Source: Promethearchaeota archaeon
GTDB lineage: Archaea; Asgardarchaeota; Lokiarchaeia; Sigyniarchaeales; SOKP01
Direction of reading: 5' to 3'
DNA length: 64,000 bases
NCBI GenBank assembly: GCA_048937405.1
Contig: JBHLNF010000001.1
Coordinates: 976,785 to 1,040,784, forward strand
The notes under the pieces were generated by a model. It worked only from the letters and a program-made list of their open reading frames with translations, was not told the DNA's origin and made no database searches. A program made the translations under genes and the position numbers. Shown in pieces: positions 59,828 through 64,000 of this stretch. Position 1 is the stretch's first letter, and every line of letters begins with the position of its first letter.

Positions 59828-61189
59828 ATGAAGGAATTCAGATTTCCAGAAGGATTTTTATGGGGTGCTGCTACATCCAGTTATCAAATAGAAGGCGGTT
59901 GGAATGAAGATGGGAAAGGAAAAAACGTTTGGGATTATATTTGTCATAGTACGAAAAATGTTCAAAATAGCGATACTGGAGATGTTGCCTGTGACCATTA
60001 TCATAGGTTTAAAGAAGATATTCAAATAATGAGGGAAATGGGTCTTAAAGCTTATCGCTTTTCAGTATCTTGGCCTCGTATTTTTCCTTCGGGAAAAGGT
60101 ACTATAAACAATAATGGTATAAATTTTTATGATAACCTCATTAATGAATTATTAGCAAATGGAATTGAACCAGTATTAACTCTTTACCATTGGGATTTAC
60201 CGTTATCCTTACAGGAAATTGGGGGATGGGAAAGTAGGGAGGTTGTTGACGCCTTTGTCAACTATGCTTCATTTATGTTTGATCATTATGGTGATCGTGT
60301 AAAAAAATGGATTACTTTCAACGAACCTTTAGTTTTTACAATTTGGTTTTATTCCCGTGGGTTATATAATAAGCAGAATATTAGAGCTGGGTTAATATCC
60401 TCGATTAATGTGAATGTAGCACACGCTAAAACAATAGAAATCTATCACAATTCTAAAAATCCAGATGGACAAATAGGTATCTCTCTAAATTTATCTCAAG
60501 TATATCCTGAAACTGATTCTGAATTAGATAAGAAAGCGGTTACTTTTACGGATGGAATACAAAATAGATGGTTTTTAGATCCTGTTTTAAAAGCATCTTA
60601 TCCAAAGAATATATTAGAATTAATAGAGAAACAATATAATATTCCTAATATACCTAAAGATGACATTGAGTTATTAAAGAACAATCCCATTGATTTTCTA
60701 GGTATAAATAATTATTCTTGCATTCGAGTTAGTGCAAAAAACGAAAAAGACCTAACTTTCCTTGGAAATTTTACTAAAACAAATAAAGTAAAGGAGCGTG
60801 AATATACTGAGATGGGTTGGGAAGTTTGTCCTAAAGGATTTTATGATCTTTTAATAAGACTTGATAAAGACTATAATCATCCTATTATATATATTACTGA
60901 AAATGGAGCGGCATATAAAGATGAAAAAGTAATTAGTGGAATAATACAAGATGATGATAGAATATATTATCTCAAACAATATCTTGAAGCTGCATATCAA
61001 GCACTTAAAAATGGTGTAAATTTGAAAGGATATTTTATTTGGTCATTGATGGATAATTTTGAATGGACTTATGGTTATTCTAAAAAATTTGGATTAGTTC
61101 ATATCGATTTTAAATCTCAAGAGAGAAAATGGAAAAAAAGTGCATATTGGTATCGTGATGTTATTAAAGCAAATAGTATTAACCTATAA
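59828..61189 (+). CDS. GH1 beta-glucosidase
   Basis: FLWGAATSSYQIEG, TFNEP, ITENG and DNFEW motifs. Confidence 0.97.
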   Translation: MKEFRFPEGFLWGAATSSYQIEGGWNEDGKGKNVWDYICHSTKNVQNSDTGDVACDHYHRFKEDIQIMREMGLKAYRFSVSWPRIFPSGKGTINNNGINFYDNLINELLANGIEPVLTLYHWDLPLSLQEIGGWESREVVDAFVNYASFMFDHYGDRVKKWITFNEPLVFTIWFYSRGLYNKQNIRAGLISSINVNVAHAKTIEIYHNSKNPDGQIGISLNLSQVYPETDSELDKKAVTFTDGIQNRWFLDPVLKASYPKNILELIEKQYNIPNIPKDDIELLKNNPIDFLGINNYSCIRVSAKNEKDLTFLGNFTKTNKVKEREYTEMGWEVCPKGFYDLLIRLDKDYNHPIIYITENGAAYKDEKVISGIIQDDDRIYYLKQYLEAAYQALKNGVNLKGYFIWSLMDNFEWTYGYSKKFGLVHIDFKSQERKWKKSAYWYRDVIKANSINL

Positions 61190-61247
61190 ATCTTAGCCCC
61201 GTTTCTCAAATGAAAAAAAAAGTTTTTAGTATATAAAAAAGATTAGA

Positions 61248-63611
61248 TTAACCCATTATTACTTTAACAAAATGCCTTTTCCCATCATTAAAAATAGATA
61301 GGAAATTATTTTCTTGTGCTATGTCATCTACTTGTATCTTCTTTATTCCTTTAGATAAATGTTCTGGATTTAAAACCTCGATATCATATACTGCGTTTCT
61401 AAAGTTTCTGATTACTTTAAATTTATTCCATATTTTTGGAATACACGGATCTATCATCAAACCATGAAATTCTGGACGTATTCCAAGAATCCAATCTGTT
61501 GCAGCTTTCAACGTCCATGATGCTGTTCCTGTAAGCCATGAATTTTTTGCTGCACCGAATTTTGGATGATCATTACCAGTTATCATTTGAGAATAGATAT
61601 ACGGTTCAGTTTTATGTATTTCTGCAATCTTATTTTTAGTAGTTGGAGCAATTTTTTTATAGTATTCGAATGCTGTATCACCACGACCTAATATACATTC
61701 AGCAATCTCTGCCCAAGGATTAGTATGACAAAAAACACCTGCATTTTCCTTTAAACCTGGTGGAAAAGTAGATATTCCTCCCATTTTTGGATAAAATTTT
61801 GTATATGGGGGATGTAATAATTTAATACCATAATCTGTGTTAAGATATTTCCTTACAGAATCCATACTTTGAAAAGCTCGTTCTTCTGGAGCAACTTTAC
61901 TAAAAACAGCCCATGATTGAGTATTGAGAAAAATTTTACCCTCCTCATTTTTTTGACTACCTATTACTTCACCATCGTCATTATAAGCACGAATATACCA
62001 TTTTCCATCCCATGCATTTTTATTTATGTTTTCTTTAACTTTATCTGCCAAATTTTTATATTTTATAAAATCATTTTTGTGATTGAATTCTTGTGCTATC
62101 TCACTTATATCTAATAATGATTTATAGTATTGCATAGCAACCATTACACTTTCTGCTTGTTTATTGGGACCATGTAATTGAAGGGTATCATTCCAATCCG
62201 CAGTACCTATAAGAGGAAATCCATGTGGCCCTTTATTATTATTTGTAAATTCTATTGCTCTTTTCAAATGTTCGTATAGATTTTCTCTAGATCTTTCAAC
62301 ATATTTAACATTTTCTTCTAAAATTGAGATATCTCCTGTCTCTTTTAAGTAATTACTAACAGCGAAAATTAGCCATAAATGATCATCCCCAAAAAAATTC
62401 ATAATTGGATTGACATAATCAGGATAACCCCCTTCCCCTGTTAAAGGAAAAAAAAGATGATATACCTTTCCACTTTCGAATTGGTTTTTAGCAAGTTCTA
62501 TTAACCGATCCCGAACCTTATTCGGAAGAATATGACAAATAGCTAAAGTATCTTGACTACTATCACGAAACCCTAAGCCTCTTCCTATACCAGTTTCATA
62601 AAAAGACACATAACGTGCCCAATTAAAAGTTACTCTACATTGATATGGATTCCAAATATTAATAATGGAATTAAAATCTTTATCTGGAGTCTCTACAAGA
62701 AGCCTTTTTAAATATTTATCCCAAACTTCCTTTATTTTCAATAATTCATTCTCAACATTCTTAAATTTTTCATATTTATGAATTAATTGTGTTGCTTGGG
62801 ATTTTTCTTTAGTTACCCCTAACAAAAATATAATATTTTTAACTTCATTAGGATCTAAAATAATTTTATTGCATGTAGCAGCAATAGGATTTCCCCCAAG
62901 AGCTTGAGAATCAGCACATTTACCTTTTTCAACACTTATTGGATTTGATTCTGAACGATATTCTCCTATAAATGCTTCACGATCACAATCAAAACTAGTT
63001 ATATTGCCATTTGAAGAAAAAAACGCGATATAGGTAGATAGATCAAATAAATGATAAAAAATAGCTTTACTTTTTTCATCATATTTAGCGACTGCAACAT
63101 TTTGAATGTATTGAAGATCTCTTTGATCTGATATAGCACTCCAAAGACAAAACTCAGCATATGAGAAGATTTTTAATACTTTTCTTTCAGAGGATTTGTT
63201 TTGTACTGTCAAAGACCAAATCTCTAAATCATCCTCCAGTGCTATAAAATAAAGAATTTCAGCATGAATTTCTTGATAAGATGATGTAAATCTAGTATAT
63301 CCTAACCCATGTCGACATTCATATTTGTCCAGACTCTTCATAACTGGTTGCCATGTGGGAGACCAATATTCAGAAGTTTGAGTATCTTTAATATAAATAT
63401 ATCTTCCTGGTCTGTCGATAGGTAAATTGTTATATCTATATCGAAGAATTCTAAGATCTCGTGGATCTATATAAAAGCTATACCCTCCTCCAGTATTAGA
63501 AATCATAGCACAATACTTACTATTACTTAAATAATTTATCCATGGAAGAGGAGTGTCTGGTCTGGTTATTACATACTCTTTTTTGCTATCATCAAAATAT
63601 CCATATTGCAT
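61248..63611 (-). CDS. GH94 phosphorylase (cellobiose/chitobiose phosphorylase type)
   Basis: YGYFD...EYVIT.P.TP.PWINY, GFRDS.QD, DWND, ENAGVFCH and WLTGTA motifs. Confidence 0.95.
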   Translation of the reverse strand: MQYGYFDDSKKEYVITRPDTPLPWINYLSNSKYCAMISNTGGGYSFYIDPRDLRILRYRYNNLPIDRPGRYIYIKDTQTSEYWSPTWQPVMKSLDKYECRHGLGYTRFTSSYQEIHAEILYFIALEDDLEIWSLTVQNKSSERKVLKIFSYAEFCLWSAISDQRDLQYIQNVAVAKYDEKSKAIFYHLFDLSTYIAFFSSNGNITSFDCDREAFIGEYRSESNPISVEKGKCADSQALGGNPIAATCNKIILDPNEVKNIIFLLGVTKEKSQATQLIHKYEKFKNVENELLKIKEVWDKYLKRLLVETPDKDFNSIINIWNPYQCRVTFNWARYVSFYETGIGRGLGFRDSSQDTLAICHILPNKVRDRLIELAKNQFESGKVYHLFFPLTGEGGYPDYVNPIMNFFGDDHLWLIFAVSNYLKETGDISILEENVKYVERSRENLYEHLKRAIEFTNNNKGPHGFPLIGTADWNDTLQLHGPNKQAESVMVAMQYYKSLLDISEIAQEFNHKNDFIKYKNLADKVKENINKNAWDGKWYIRAYNDDGEVIGSQKNEEGKIFLNTQSWAVFSKVAPEERAFQSMDSVRKYLNTDYGIKLLHPPYTKFYPKMGGISTFPPGLKENAGVFCHTNPWAEIAECILGRGDTAFEYYKKIAPTTKNKIAEIHKTEPYIYSQMITGNDHPKFGAAKNSWLTGTASWTLKAATDWILGIRPEFHGLMIDPCIPKIWNKFKVIRNFRNAVYDIEVLNPEHLSKGIKKIQVDDIAQENNFLSIFNDGKRHFVKVIMG

Positions 63612-63950
63612 TTATATTCCCAATATTATGATATATTTTAAAATCTAAAGTTTATGACTTTAAATATTTTTTGAAAGCATTTTTAATTTTCACATTTACT
63701 TTTAAGTAAAAATAAATTTAGAAAAAGATTTTAAATGAAGTTAAATTTAATCCTGTTATTTTAAATAGCAGCTTAGCTTTATATATTTGCTAACTAATTT
63801 CTAAATCCGATAAATAGAGATAAGATAATTTAAGAATTATGTTGGCTTATCGACTACAATAAATAAATGAAGGCAAAAAGAAAATTAGATAATAAAATTA
63901 TCAATTTACATAGATTACCTAGAAAAATAAATATAGATTAAAAAGTAGTT

Positions 63951-64000
63951 ATGAATTCAAGAATTAAAATTAATGAATATATTGCAGTATCTTCTGAACA
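63951..64000 (+). CDS. possible gene start running off the window
   Basis: ATG followed by an open frame MNSRIKINEYIAVSSE... Confidence 0.3.
   Translation, partial: MNSRIKINEYIAVSSE

Noticed and set aside
1917-62114. Many short ORFs antisense to or nested in long genes (e.g. 1917, 3507, 4811, 8520, 26960, 30138, 45044, 61917)
   Set aside because: They overlap well-supported genes and show no motifs; treated as shadow ORFs.
1-64000. tRNA, rRNA and IS/integrase genes
   Set aside because: No GC-rich cloverleaf or rRNA-like segment and no transposase or integrase motif recognised by eye; a covariance-model scan would be needed to exclude small RNAs.

Overview
Very AT-rich archaeal chromosomal window. 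Gene content points to Asgard archaea, most likely Lokiarchaeia: a Rab-like GTPase, a roadblock/LC7 protein, two gelsolin-like proteins, an LRR-PCI-TIR protein and Loki-type surface proteins. It holds core information-processing clusters (rpo7-spt4-dephospho-CoA kinase-rps24e-rps27ae-kae1-bud32; rps6e-rpl24e; rpl7ae-rps28e; a PAN ATPase) plus metabolic and surface-protein genes. The top finding is absent from the ORF track: the RNA polymerase subunit gene rpo10/rpoN (20470-20701, +) is interrupted by a 31-nt insertion (20621-20651). Its junctions fold into a tRNA-type bulge-helix-bulge motif, and canonical cleavage restores the conserved CCxRM-x-x-SHVDLID sequence, so this is a probable endonuclease-spliced mRNA intron. 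A LAGLIDADG gene broken by a 41-bp tandem duplication converges on it. Other unannotated items are probable ATT start codons (including rpl7ae), a 44-aa acidic Sem1/DSS1-like microprotein, an archaeosortase pseudogene behind its candidate substrates, and an HFS-motif surface protein paired with a membrane-anchored winged-helix regulator. No tRNA, rRNA or CRISPR array was recognised. All family calls come from motif recognition, not database searches.
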